Assembly (NCBI GenBank): GCA_010093605.1
Contig: MU004184.1
Span: forward strand, 1,560,801-1,624,800
Length of the DNA stretch: 64,000 nucleotides
Direction: 5' to 3'
Source: Lophium mytilinum
Taxonomy: Eukaryota
Of this stretch, positions 38,312 to 52,526 are shown piece by piece. A program made the translations under genes and the position numbers. The notes beneath the pieces were generated by a model, which worked only from the letters and a program-made list of their open reading frames with translations, had not been told where the DNA came from and did not search any database. The number at the start of each line of letters is the position of its first letter. Positions within the stretch are counted from its first letter, which is position 1.

Positions 38312-40335
38312 GGTAAGCTACACAGTTTAGGCTGACGCATTGGACGAGAGGCATTTCAAGGTTTGCATCAGGGGTTTTCATGGATCGGTATCCACAACAT
38401 AGACGCATTAGAGACTCGAACGAGAAATGGAAATGCATGCATCATCTTGGGATGGTAAGGGCAGCGTAAACTCCTGGAATTCTATCTCACACTTTCTTTT
38501 GTCTCAGATGGTTTCCTCTTCATTTTGTGCTACTGTGATCATAGGAAATGGTTCATCTTCAAGAGTTCCTCGTATTTTCTCCAACCTGCTTGGATCTCCT
38601 TTCGTATGAGAACAGCAGCTGTGTGTAGTCCATCAGTCTTTGTAAACGTTCTGAAGCATACGTTTATGTACATAGCTTCTCGGGTAATCAAGAGATTACG
38701 ATAGTACAAAATGAGGATTAAAAGAGATCACAGAGGTCCATCCTGGTTGCTTATAATGTATTTAGCTTGGTCCATTGAAAGACATTGTAACCCCGAATTG
38801 GGAAGGTGCCCCGTCAGTCTGGAAATTCTCCACCATGCTGGAAACAAATTTTAACATAAGGCGCCAGCTCTAGATTCGAAACGAGTACCTAGGTAGCCAC
38901 AGAAGAAAGGGACGCGGTTCAAGATTTGTCGTCATTGTGGAGCCATGAGCTATCTGCACTGCCACGACGCCGGCACACCGGCTGTGTTTTTCATGAAGTC
39001 AAGCAGCTTGCGTCACAGCGTGGACCTAGTTCGAGCGGGCCAAGAGATTGGATATATTCGTTACGTACAAATTGATAAGCGGTCATGCTGCGAGAGATGT
39101 TGGAGAGTTGTCCGGAGAACTCTTGGATGGCTGAAGGGAGGAAATGCGGGGGATCATCATTTGCACTCCGAGGCCGCTGAGACCGCAAGACGCAAGAGGG
39201 TCCAGCAGATGACACACCCCAAAGCATAGTCTTTTGCATGGTTCTCATCTTCTTTATCATTGGACTGCTGCACCTAAGGCCTCTGCGCTCACCCCGCGAT
39301 GCTTTCCGGAGCCCTGAACTCCCTTGAGGTTGTTTCCCGCAGGCCGACTTCCTGCTCAGCCAACACCCAGATCCTGTCATTCCTTCGAGCAGTCAGGGGC
39401 AAGCGAGGATCCCGGCGCTAGAGACGCTTTTGACGCAGGGACAGGGGACTTTACGTTACTTGCTGCCGCTGCGGTCTTAGGGTGTGCTTGGTGAAGGCTT
39501 CAACCACTCATTTCACGCTACAAATATCAGGAGAGCGACACAGAAGCCACAAGCACGTTCCAGACAGAAAGACACGATGAAGTTTGAAGCCTTCTTCCAC
39601 TCAAACGCTGCCCAGCCACTACGGGATATTGACAGCTTTCGAGACGGCTCCAGTTCGGGCCAGATCCGAACCACTCCCAAGCTCTGCCCTGTCTTCTTCA
39701 AGAACCACGACCCGGTTATGTCCTCATCCTTTACGATGAGCGCACAGCAGAAACACATGGGCCTAAAGCGCGCAGCCTTAGCCGACCCGAGGACCGGTCA
39801 ATCGAAAGCAATTAAGCGCGCCCTATGCCTCAGCCTCTTTTCCAAGGCCATTCCGTGCACGATTAAACACTTTCGGGGTCGCTTGGCCTTGCACTCTGCT
39901 GTTTTTGCCGTTTTGGGCGTCGACGGCTGAGCCGTAGCGCCTGGATCCGGGCTTCGGCCACAGGAGTTGAGGCTGTGCGACTGCAGCAAGCCCCACGAGG
40001 CGCCTTCGATTGGGTACATTTCCCCGCTCCTTGCATCGATAGCTCCGTCGCGCCAAGCATCGCCAACTTCTGCTGGTGTAGCGCTGGCCGTGTTCGTGTT
40101 TTAGGCGTTGCGCTAGAGCACGAGGATTGGTACATGGCGTTCCCGCCTTTCCTCGGAGCTGAATAGGGCGCCTGTATAAAGTATTTGCGACGTCCGACGT
40201 CTCCTGGTGGGTGTCTCTTGGTTCATTTGCGTCGTGCATAAACATTTCCCAGTCTCTGTGGCCAGTGGTCTTCGTCCTCCATCCTGCTCTATAACGTACC
40301 CCTCCTATCTTAGATTCCTGATACCCGATCTCACG

Positions 40336-41367
40336 ATGACTGCCTCCCACGTAGTGGAGTCTCCAAAATGGACAATCATTGTCCGAGGACTCCAGATTCT
40401 CTTGGCTATTGCGATCTTGGGAATGTCGGCATATGGAATTTACTGGGTTGCGTTCGGAGCTTTCATCCTGTCTCTCATCACTGTAAGGGCTTCGACACAT
40501 CTATCGAAGCGCATTAGCTAAACACCATCTTCACAGAGTTTGGGAACTTTCATCATCGTAGGATACTCGGTCGCTACTTCGAGAATCGCATCCCTCCACT
40601 CTGCCTATAACTACTGGGCCGTTCTCGCGCTCGATATTCTTGCCGCTATATTTTGGCTCGCGTCCATGGCCGATCTTGCAGCGACTAGGACGTCTTTCAA
40701 GTACCCCACCACAATAAATGGATGCGTCAATTATGGCTATGGCGGAATCTGCTACCGGAAGCGAGACATCGAAAAGCGCGCTGTGGCTACCTATGGCTAT
40801 CTCGATATGATGAGTGCTTGCGCCGGTCTCTCTGCCTTGAATATGTTAGTCTTCCTCATCCAGTCTCCCTTCCACGCGCACAAAGTAACATGGCTGTATA
40901 GGCTCCTCTTCATCCTCACCCTTGCCATCCACGCCATCGGTCTAAAGAAGCATCGCGCTGCCGGCGCACCCATGTCGCCGCATGCCGTCGAAAAGGGCGA
41001 GTCCCATGTCATGAACGGTGTCACGTACAATCCTGTCACCAACCAACAGCCGCAACAGATGCCTCCTCAACAGCAGCAGCAGCAGCAGCAATATTATGCG
41101 CCATCACAGCAGCCGCAATACGTGGCGCCGCAACAAGAGTTCCAGCAACAAACCGCCTACCAAAGCCCTGTCTCCGCGTACCCGCATACGTCGCAGTCCC
41201 CGCCACCACAACAGCAGTATGGTTATCAGAATCAAGCCCACGAAGCCCCGTATCAGCCCTCTCCCATTCCCTCGCCCGTGCCACAGCCCGCCCAGATGAT
41301 GCAGACGGGGTATCAGGCGCCGCCGCAGGGATTTTCGGAGGTCAGTGCTGAGCAAGGGCGGCGCTGA
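40336..41367 (+). CDS. MARVEL-like four-TM protein with Gln/Pro/Tyr-rich tail
   Basis: RGLQILLAIAILGMSAY, YNYWAVLALDILAAIFWLASMA; two introns (about 40483-40536 and 40845-40901); CAG poly-Q tract near 41070. Confidence 0.82.
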
Positions 41368-42464
41368 ACGTCCTTCTAGGTCTGGTAGCGGGAGAGAAAG
41401 GCGATGTTAGTGAGTCTGGAAATTAAGCCTATACCTCATGTGTTGGATGCATTGAAGAGCCTGCTTTACATGGGTGTTGGCTACGGCGGTGTTGTGGGAA
41501 TCTGTTTACTACGAGGTGTTTTTGGCATCAGATCGGATTTGGTAAGGGACTGATTTGCATTTATCTCGTTAGTTCTTGCTTCTCTGCCGACCTTGGAGTT
41601 CGGAGGGAAAACAAGCAATATACCCTATCATATCTCCATCATTTCGTATTGAACTCAATGTCTCTACTCATTAATTCATTTATCTATCAATATAAGGATA
41701 AAAAGAAGTGAGGCGGAGCAAGCCTGCCGAGTCTGTATTTGCAGCCCACGGTTAGTAAGTCAAAGTGTTAAGATGAATGAGGTGGAGTGAAGGGAATAGA
41801 GGGGTATGAAGCTTTTAAATCTCCGGGGCTATGTGTGTGACCATTTGGGGCTGGGTTGTTCGGAGTGTTAGGCATATACCGATGAGACACTAACGCGATG
41901 CGGAATCTAGCGTAGCAGTCTCTTGTTGATTTGATGTATTGGTAGCATAGAGTAGTAGATGTCTTGACTGCGGGACCAACATTGATAGTGGTGTTTTGCG
42001 ATTGCGATCCTTCGGAGGGAGAGTGCGGGCTCTTTCGGGAAGGGGAGAAAACATAGTGTATTCAAGGTAAGCGAACGCCGGTTCTACCAGCCTATGAATG
42101 AGAGTCGTCAATAGCCTGGAACTCTTTATTAGCGGACTATATTAGAAGGCCCGCAATATACCCTAAGGTTGACATTATTCCAGGTTGTGCTACTCCACGT
42201 TCCCCCATTGGGGAAGCCATCAAAATACGAATTATACTGGGACCCTGCAACACTACGCCCATTTTGAATTGATCTGGAATCAATCTTCATGGTCGCACCT
42301 ACGTACGCGAGGGAAAGTACGTGGCCTGGCTCCTGCCGGCGTTCCAAGGTTCACTTTGCTTAGCCACGTGCAACGCGACGGACCTTATTATAACCGTCAC
42401 AGCTTCGACCTCACCACGTCCACCGCTCGCCCATCCGGCACCCACGCTCATTCAACACCCCATA

Positions 42465-44208
42465 ATGTTTCGCTTCTTCTCGCCCAGGAACATCTTTCTG
42501 ACGCTCTCTATTTTCCTTCTCCACAGCTTTGTACTCGGCCTTGATTTGGATGTCAACGATCCAGGTAAGAACGAGCGTCCAACTCCTCAAGTGTGAAGTG
42601 CATCGATTCACCTTTCGCAGGAAGTATCAAGCAGGTAGCAAAAACAGTAGCCGATGAGCTTCTTACGAAATGGTATCATGGCACGGAGCGCGGACAGATA
42701 GTTGGCATCTTACCTGACCCATACTACTGGTGGGAAGCGGGTGGAATGTGGGGAACGGTGCGTACAGCTTCGCCAAACCTTTACAGCATGTCGAGATCCT
42801 GTGTTGATTTCGGCGATAGCTTATCGAGTATGCGTACTACACTGGAGACACCGACTACAACAAAATCATCGCCGACGCAATGCTCGCGCAGGTTGGACCG
42901 AATTTGGATTACATGCCCCCGAACCAGACCAAGTCAGAGGTAGGGCGTCGCACCAGTTTAAGACACCCAAGACATTCTCAGCTCACTCGCCTAGGGCAAC
43001 GATGATCAAGCGTTCTGGGCGTTCGCAGCCTTGACAGCGGCCGAGCTGAAGTTCCCCGATCCACCACCACAGCAACCGCAATGGCTAGCATTGGCCCAAG
43101 CAGTCTTCAATCAGCAGACAGGCAACCGATGGGACACGGATAACTGCGGTGGCGGGCTACGCTGGCAGATCTACAATTTCAACAAAGGATGGACTTACAA
43201 GAATCTTATATCGAACGGGGGCTTGTTCCTGATGTCTGCCCGTCTGGCGCGATTCACGAAGGACCAGAACTACGTTTTTTGGGCTAACAAGGTATACGAT
43301 TGGCTTGAAACCACCGGGATATATGTTGCTTATCACGCCTATGACGGCTCTGATATCAGCAAAGAGTGCAAGGACGCGGACCATCATGAGTGGTCCTATA
43401 ACAATGGTGTGATGCTGGCAGGGTCTGCATATGTGAGTAACCTGCCCGTGTCCTAGTGTGCCATTCAGAGGACTAACTTGCATCAGATGTATAACCTTGT
43501 ATGCCACGACCGTCCAAATAAGCCCTCTTCCTCCAACTCTGATATCACTTACTAACGACGACCTAGACGGGCGATTCTCTTTGGCACGACCGCGTCCACG
43601 GTCTCCTCAACGTCACCCTCAGCCACTTCTTCCCCACGGAACCTCAATTCGGCAACGGTACCATAATGTCAGAATATGACTGCGAGGTCATGAACATCAA
43701 AGATCCGAAAAACCTGCCCTGCAACAACGACCAACGGTCCTTCAAAGCCTACGCCACCCGCTGGCTCGCTGTAACGACGCAGCTCGTTCCAGACACGCGC
43801 GACCTTATCCTGCCTAAGCTCCGCACAACCGCGCAAGCCGCCGCAGAGCAGTGCTCTGGTGCCCCAACCGGCTCAACGTGCAGCCAATACTGGTTTGCTC
43901 CAAAATTCGATGGCACGAATGGACCCGGGGAGCAGATGAGTGCGCTGAGCGTCATCAGCGGGCTGCTAATCAAGTGGGACTCGACGCTGCCGCCAGTGAG
44001 CACAGACGACGGCGGGACAAGTAAGGGAAATCCGGATGCTGGGAAGGGGAACACTGACGAGAAGAAGATCAACGCCAATAATGGCCCGATTACGATTTCA
44101 GACAAGGCAGGCGCTTGGTTCTTGACTGCATTCTTCGCGCTGGCATTCTCGCTCTTGGGGTTATGGCTTTGCAACGACAAGACGGATACGGGCTGGTCGA
44201 TGCTTTGA
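42465..44208 (+). CDS. GH76 mannan endo-1,6-alpha-mannosidase, Dfg5/Dcw1-like
   Basis: Signal peptide, [54 protein letters not shown]-terminal hydrophobic segment; five introns including a 12-nt microexon. Confidence 0.92.
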
Positions 44209-46312
44209 AGCTGGCGGCGGTGCTTTGGATTCGTGCGCGCCGACGATAGGTAATGGCCGAGGGAGCAAGGGTGTAATGATAATAGGCGTTAGGGTGCAGT
44301 ATTGGGGGAAAGGACTACATAATTGTACTTTGTGTTTACTATGACCAAGGGAGAACGGGAGGCGCGGTGATCACGAACAGACTTATCAGAGATCAAATGG
44401 AAGACGAATTCTACTTCTGTTACGGGACAGGAAGTGAGTTTTAGCCCCTATTTTACTCGATTCCTACACACTCTACCTACCCCCTTTGCAAGTCACGTGA
44501 TAAGTGACGTCTTAACACAGGAGTGATTAGACCAACCCTATGTTAGTGAAAACAAACTAATTTAGTTCGTCCGCTGTAACCTGCGACAGGCAGCAAGGAC
44601 AAGAGTAGGGTCGCACCCTAATTTTAGAAGAGACTTCAATCCAATAGCGTATGTACGACCTAAGCATCCAAGGATTTCCACAGGCGAGACCAATTCACAA
44701 ATGGGTACGATGTCGGCCTGTTTGCAATATAGAGACATGCTGGAACTGGAATAGGTTATTTGTAGAGCTCTCTTACCTGGCACCTGGGCTGGACATCAGC
44801 ATTCCACGGACCGGATCGTGGAGACGATGGAAAGGAATGTGGTGGCTGACAAGCGTGCATGCAGGAAGCAAGCGCCTCTCCCGGGATCACGAGATGATCC
44901 ATGGTTGGCTCGCGCACACTCCAACGAAGCGGCCTTGTTGGAGACCCATGAACCTTGGAACTGGCAGTGAAGCGTCGGAGGGCTGGCCGGAAGGCGGAGA
45001 GGAAATAGGTCGCTGAAACGCCGCAAATCTGGGGAAGCAATTGGCCAGCGGGCGGTTTGACGCAGATGCAGCCGAAACTGCAGCCCGCTTCCAGGGCGTT
45101 TGTGCGACGCATGAGGTGGTGCGCGTGGGCTGCGTTCGAACGCAGGGCGGCTGGAGAGTGTCGCACGACCGAGTTTTGCGGGACGCGTAAGGCCAAGCTG
45201 CGAGCGTCTTTGAAGCTTCTTGGTTGTAAGGGGTTCGTGGGTAGTGGGAGAAGTTACATGGCTAGCGGGGGGCTTTTGGTGTGCCAACGCTTCACCGACT
45301 CCAGCCTGACAGGTGCGATGGGCCGCAAGGTGTTTGATCTAGGCCGGTGGTCTTCTGGATGGACGCACACCCGGGCATGCTCGATGACGCCGGGCTGGTC
45401 CCTTGGCCGCCCCGAAGCGGGATTGTGAAGTGCATCGATGCGGTGCTAGCTTCGCGCGGGAGATGGTGATAAGGAATCGTGAAGAGCATGAGCGAGGGCA
45501 TATACACCGCTGCTGAGTCCGGGAAACAGTCGCTGTCAGCACTGCAACACGTTCGGCTCTCCAGGCGCGCGACAACGCACCCGAAGCAGTGCTGAGTGCT
45601 GTACATAAGCCGGTGGGCTGTCAAATAAACATACGAGCGGTGTTTTGCGCCCCGGTCGCCGCGCAATCTGAATTGATCTGTAGCGCCGCGTGGCCAATCG
45701 CACCGTCGCTCTGCTCTATCCTCTTTGTGCTGGCTCGCACACGACGGGTTAGCGCGTCGCTGAGCAGGGAAGTTGCGAGCTGTCCGTGGCTTCCGGCCGA
45801 GATCCCAGAAAGAGAGTCCAGAGAACAATCGCGGGTGCAACCACCACCGAGCTGCTGCTGCCATTCACCCTCCAACTCCTTCACCTCAGCCCTGACACTC
45901 TCCTACAAGCCCTCGCTCGCTGGCCATGTTGGAATCGACCGCGACATCTCGTCCCTAAAGCTCCGAGAGCTGCGACCGCCTGGACCCTTCCCCTGCCTCC
46001 TCCGCGACTACGAATCATCGATATCGTCACCACAACCTTCACTCAATTGCACCACGAAACCCTCACTTCCAATCCGCAGAGCTTTGCGAGAGCATCTCGC
46101 CGTTCGTTACCCGTGCTGGGACCCGTGACAGATCCGGCTGCACTGGTCGCGTAATAGCTACTTCGTTGGCAGTCTTGGCACATAAATTCGGAGGCTGGAA
46201 GACTACTATCACGATACCGCAAACAGACGCCTCACCACTCCCCGGCCCCCCCGGGCCCCGTACATAAATCCCCTTGCCCGAAACCCTGGTTGGGGGTCAC
46301 AACATAATCCTA

Positions 46313-49281
46313 ATGGCATTCTCGGTATCCTCGCGGGCGGCGTTCTTGCTTCTAGTCGCGCTTCTTTCTTTGTTCCAGATCTCGCTTGCTGCCGACTCCC
46401 AATATGTTCAGGCCGTGAATGCAAATGGCGACACCATATACCTCAAGGACTCTCGCAAACCGGCACTCTATACTGGGAACTTTGGGGACTGCTTGGGGAG
46501 CAGCAATATCAATGTCACCCGCTTCGATGCTGCTTACTACAAGGACAACATGACGGTGTTGTTCCATCTGGAAGGGAACACGGCCCTCAAGAATGAATCT
46601 GTCATGTGTACGAAGATCACTTCCCAGACTACAGAATCACAGGCTAATTGCATACAGTGTACATTGGTGTGTTCGCATATGGAGAGTCTCGATTTGATCT
46701 TACCTTCAACCCCTGCAACGCCAACATCGAGAGGTACGTGTTTTGACACTCCCACTTCATATTTGTACTAAATAATATATTTGCAGTCTGTGCCCCATGG
46801 AAGCTGGCACCACTATCGAAGCAGGCGGCATTATTCCGATCGCTCAGAGTGATGTGGCTAACATTCCAGGTAAGCCTTTCGCCCTGTGGCTCTGTAACCG
46901 TCTAACATCCTCCAGCTATCGCACTCACCATCCCAGACTTCGAAGGAGAGGCTATCCTACGCGTCTTCGCCAACTCTACTCAAACCGAGATTGGCTGCTT
47001 CTCCGCTGTCGTCACGAATGGAGCTACTTTCTCCCAGCCTGAATCCGTCGGCTCAGTTCTCGGGATATTCACGGTCATTGCAGTCATCTCGTCATTTGCG
47101 ACGGCCGCCTATGGAGACAATGTCCCCGTGATGCGGAAGCACTACGCTCACTCCATGTCCGTGCTGGTCGTTTTCGCCGTCTTCCATCACATCTACTTCA
47201 CCGGAGCCCTATCTATGAACTGGCCAAGCGTCCTGGTCGCCTTTTGGAGCAACTATGCCTGGGCCGGAGGCATGATCTACACCGAGACAATGCAGAATTC
47301 CATCAATCACTTCATCGGATCCAACCGTGGCAATACCAGCCACGTCGGAGCTGCGGGGAGTGGTGTGCTAAATCCGGATCTAGGAGGTGGATATGACATC
47401 CACCAGATCTATAAACGCATGACTCCTACTCACAAAGGGGCTTTGAACATACCTGGTCTCATGCGGCGGAGCAAATTCAATCTTGTCGCTCGGCACCTAG
47501 AAGAGTCGATATCAAAAAGGGAGCTGGCCAATAGTTCCGATGGATTCAACTATTACGGCAACCCTGTCCTTCCTGGCTTACCTCTTCCTGGAAACTTTTC
47601 TGGATTCGCTGGAACTCTTGGAGAAGAGAGCATCCCCGCATCGAATGCCTTTATGACCGGGTTCCTCTGGTTTCTCATCCTCATTGCCATCGTTGCTGCT
47701 TCTGTGGCCGGTTTCAAGTGGATACTGGAAGGACTGAGCCTTATCAAATTGCTCAAGAAAGAACGCCTATCATTCTTCAGAGCACACTGGTTAGGCTACA
47801 CGGCCTTCGCTGTTCTCAGGACCCTGTTCATCGGATTTTTCATGATGATCTTCTTGACCCTCTTCCAGTTCACGTATATGGGATCCGGTGGTGTCATTGG
47901 CGTCGCAGCTATCGTGTTCATCATCATGTTCGTGGGCATGTTCGGCGTTGCTGGATATGCCTGCTTCTACCGGATCAAGTTTGGCAAATTTCAATCCACG
48001 CCAGACCGCATCAACATGGAGAGGAGTAAAGTGTTGAAAGTCATCCCGTGGTATCGATTTACCAGGGCTAGTGAGCATCTCAACGACGAGGAAAAGGTCT
48101 ATGCTGGATCAATTCCTTGGTACAAAGTATCACCTTTATCCGGAGAGGTTACTGACTCAATCCACGATGATGAGAATTATACCAAGAAGTTTGGATGGCT
48201 TGCCTCTCGCTTCCGCCGCACTCGTTGGTGGTTCTTTGCCGTCTGGCTAGTATACGAGTTCGTCCGAGCCTGTTTCTACGCTGGAGCCTCTGGACACCCG
48301 ATGACTCAAGTCTTTGGTCTTCTTGTAGTCGAATTCCTCGCCTTTGTTGCAATCATCCTCCTGCGACCTTTCGAAGGACAACGCTTGAACGCAATCGTGG
48401 TTTATGCTTTGGGCTTCAGCAAAGTCGCCACGGTTGCGCTTTCTGCGGCTTTTGACATCCGCTTCAACCTCGCCCGCATTCCCACAACTGCCATCGGTAT
48501 TGTCATCATTGTCATCCAAGGGATTCTCACAATTATCTTGTTAGTCGCCATTGTAGTTGGTGCAATTTCTAGTTATTTCTCGGTCATGCGGAACCACGAA
48601 GAAATCAAGCCGAAGAAGTGGATACCTCTGAGAGAGAGATACTTCAAGCACCTCGACCAGACAGTAAAGGACGTTCCACCACCTCCACGACCGCCGACGC
48701 CGGTTCCGGAAGAACCCAAGGGCCCCTACTTCAGTGTCAATTCCATCAAGAGGGTAGCAAAGATTGAAGATGAAGATAAAGATTTTTTGGCTGAAATAGG
48801 CGGGGACCCGAACGAGTCACATATCTCGCTGGCTACTATGGGCAAGATAGAAGAAGGCACCGAGGTCCCACCACCTACTCGAGCCAGCCGGGCGGCCAGT
48901 GTTCGAAGCCATGCGTCGTTCACAAGTCTCCCCTACGGAGCGCGTGTTCATCGCGCTAGCTGGAGCTCTCGCGACTTCAACGAATGGAACAACGAGCGAA
49001 GACGTACTGCCAACTCGACTGCTCCGCTTGTGCCCGAAGGCGAGTCTCGTCGCGCTAGTGGGAACATCGGGTCGAACGCGCGCTTTGCCAATAGCCGCGA
49101 AAGCATCACACGAGGCAGTCCTCTTGCGACCCCGGAAGACAACGATATCATTAGTCCGATGAGTAGGCCCAAGAGCCGGGCGCCGACTTCGACACCCGCG
49201 TCGCCGTATCGTCCACCGCTCAAGACGCTGGTTAGCGAGAACGAGGTTCCATCCTTGCCGTCGCAAACTCATTCACAATGA
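46313..49281 (+). CDS. FLC/TRP-like (flavin carrier/PKD2 family) membrane channel
   Basis: Signal peptide, ML-like domain (VTRFDAAYYKDN), SMNWPSVLVAFWSNYAW, ASNAFMTG, FGWLASRF...WWFF, multiple TMs; three 5' introns. Confidence 0.9.
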
Positions 49282-50681
49282 GCGGTTGTGGCAGCGGGAC
49301 CATTATGACGCAATTACGAAGCTACGACAGGGTCACAAAAGCTGAAGTTCGCGGATCGGACGCACAGAGAGAGTAGTATCATTACACCTTCGCATGGATT
49401 GTTTGGGTAACACGGACTTTGGAGTTTTGCGGAGTTGAATTCAGCTGCTTTTGGCCAACAGCATCAGATCGATTCCATTAAGGAGGCTTTGCTGTACAGT
49501 GGAGGATAAGTTGGATGGACATTCTCATACTCTCATGGGATCACTCGTTCCCTTTTCTCATGCATTAGACGCATATGGCCCTATCAGGGGTATCGATTGG
49601 CGTTTGGGTTGGAAGCATTTCAACAATTTCGGGGGATGAAGCAGCATCGGGAATGGGATATCTTTAGGTTGATATAGGATGTAATGGTGGATAGCAGATT
49701 GGATCGGGATTGAGGCAGGTGCCGCGAGGCTGGACATAGGAATGAAACATCAAATTACCGACCACCAACAAAGAATGAAGCGATGAATTGCATTGATTAT
49801 GGTTATGCATGGTGACAGCCGGTTTCATCGAGAGCGGTCTCACATTCGCAATGCAGTATCAGAATCCGATGGCTGGGGATAATGCGAATTCGAAAACCTG
49901 ATCACGGCCCAGCCACGACTCGTGTCACGCAGCCTTGGCCGCCCAGCCCCCCGTGCGCCGTAGAAAAACTCCGGGGAAGGGAATGAGTGCCACACCGACG
50001 TCATCCGCAACCCTCCCCCAATCTCCCGCAAACCAAGAACAACGGTTGCGAGGTGTGGCAGCCTGTACAGCCAGACTCCGAGAACGGCGGTTCGTGTCCG
50101 TATCTTCTGCAGTCAGCCCACCATTCACAGCATTTCGGCGCTCCTTCCGGCAATGCGTTCCATGGGCTCCAAGGTTCCAGGTTCGATCTCACGATGCTCC
50201 AGCCACAGTCTTCGCTGGCAGAGGCAGCGATCGGCGAGGACATGTGGCGCATGACGGCGGCGCGCAGGATGATGCCGGTACGACCAACGCCCATTTTGCC
50301 GGATGCGGAGGTAGTGCGGCGATCGCTGCCGCTCTGGGCACACGCGAGGTGAGGTTAGTGACGTTGGGGGTGTCAGCAGGTTTTTGTTTAGGCGAACCAA
50401 GAGCTCGGAGCCGTGGAGTAATTGTTTCTTGGTGAAGATCGGGTGATAAGGCAGGAGGGGCTGGGCAGAGGTGAGGGAGGACCGATGACGTTGGGGCGAG
50501 TGCGAGGTGGCGCGCGGGTTTGTTTATAAAGAATGCGTGGGCCGGTGGACCTGCCACATACACAGCACAAACTTTTCTGAGAACCAGCTTCAACAAAGAA
50601 CCACCACAGTTTTTTGGCTCCCCCGCATACAACTACTACAACTACTCTTCCCACATCAATCACCGATACACTACCGCAAAA

Positions 50682-50957
50682 ATGGGTGCCGTCGTATCTT
50701 GCGTACGTTTCCCTCTCTTTGACTGCAGCTATTCACTTTGAGGCAAGGCTAACAAAGAAATACAGATTGAATCCATCTTCCGCACAATCGGCAATGTCTT
50801 AATGACAATCGTGCACGCCATCGGTGCCGTCATCATGGCCATCGTCAACGGCATCGTTGCTCTCTTCGACATCATCATCTCGTGCCTGACCTGCGGCAAG
50901 GCGGGCGGCAGGAGAAACAGGATGAAGACGGGCGGTCATCACACCAGTAGGGTCTAG
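50682..50957 (+). CDS. 70-aa spliced microprotein, putatively N-myristoylated/palmitoylated (not in the ORF track)
   Basis: TATAAA near 50525; ACCGCAAAAATGG start context; exon 1 50682-50702, intron 50703-50765 (GTACGT...GCTAAC...ACAG), exon 2 to TAG 50957: MGAVVSC|IESIFRTIGNVLMTIVHAIGAVIMAIVNGIVALFDIIISCLTCGKAGGRRNRMKTGGHHTSRV. Confidence 0.85.
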
Positions 50958-52526
50958 TCCGAGCTAGACAGAACTGGTGCGCGGGTGCTTTGAGTTGGCA
51001 GTGTTGTTGACGAAGAGCCCAAGAGCATACCGTCATCGCCATTTGAGAACCCCGACGCTGCTGGCATCTCCGAGAACGAAACGACTACACGGTCCGATCA
51101 TGCATCCTTACGCTGGCGACAACTACTACGATGATGGCTACGACTTTCGACTTCCAATCGACAATCGATAACCTGCTGCTCGCTGCACCCCTTTCGATTG
51201 ACTCTCTATACCCTTTTCTTTTTTTGGCTTCTCTGCCAATTGCATTCTCCGACGGGCTTGACGGTTTTGGACGGGTGGCTTATCAGCATGGACGGGATTG
51301 TCACGGACGAAGCGATAGATACCCGATACCCCTCTCTTAATCAATTCATGATATTCACGGATAGCATTACCTTAACTTCCTGATTTCAATTTGATATGCT
51401 GATCATGATGATAAATGTCACGATCTTGTGAGAAGGTCCCCAGAACCTCTAGCCTCCGGCTCCGCCTTCCACCTCTTCCCCGATGAGTTTCTTGTTTCAG
51501 CTTCATCGTTGTTTCCTTCGTCATTGTGCAATGGAACTATCATCTTACCGCATAGCTGTTATTGCGAAACATTTTCAAGCCAAGGTAAATCATTTGCAAG
51601 TAGTCAAATCAAACTCTAACCTCGCAGCACCTCCCATCCAGACTCTTTGTTACAAACCCCCGCTTTCCTGATTAGGCCAACGAGTAGAAGGACCTTCGTC
51701 CCCACCCCTTCCCAACATCCATCATTATCAGAATTACGCGGTTAGATCCGATGCTTTTACTCACACTGCCTTACGGAAGCCCCCCCCACCTTAGGTCACC
51801 TCCGCGCGTCCGAACACCCGGCGCAGTCACAGTCACCCAACGCCTACAATTTCGAAGTACACGCGTTTAGATTCGCTACTTGTACTCACATAAGTAACCA
51901 GAAAGGTAACCCCACATCATATCCTAGACATCAGTCCACCACCACCCACGGAGGCTCACGGCCACGCAAACGTCTGCCAATCCGGCTTTCACGCGGTTCG
52001 ATCCGATACTTCTCCTACCGTCGTCCTTGCCCGTCCCCGGGCTCAGTGGCGGCACCTATACTAGACTTGCTTGGGTGGGTATAGAGCTGCGACGGTAGCG
52101 GGGTCTGTTCAGGCTGCGGTTGCAGCTGCGGAGGGGACGGCTGGCGCGATCGCTGCGATCAGGGAGAAGTAACTGCGCGCGGGTGCCTGATGGCGAGGGC
52201 TGTAGCGGTGTGTTTTTTGATCGGACAATCGTCGTTGATAGAAGGCATTTGCGGACACCTCATCACGGAGGGATGGTTCAATGCTCTGACGGCAATGAAG
52301 TGCGCTATTGTAGCATCCCAGAGTCTGTCCAAACTAGAGCCCGATTACCACTCTTGTGAGGGCGCTTTAGATGACAAGCACGCTTGAAAAGATAATTGTC
52401 CCAGTACAGTAAGTTACGACTGAAGGAGAAAGGTATGAGATCTTGGTTGTGATTCAAAATAATATATTACTATATATGTACCGGCACAGCAAATTGAATT
52501 TCCATTATGCTCCTGGTACTCTCTCC

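Noticed and set aside
39484..40500. ORFs 39484-39930 (+) and 39823-40500 (-)
   Set aside because: No recognisable motifs; the second is antisense to the MARVEL-like gene and its promoter.
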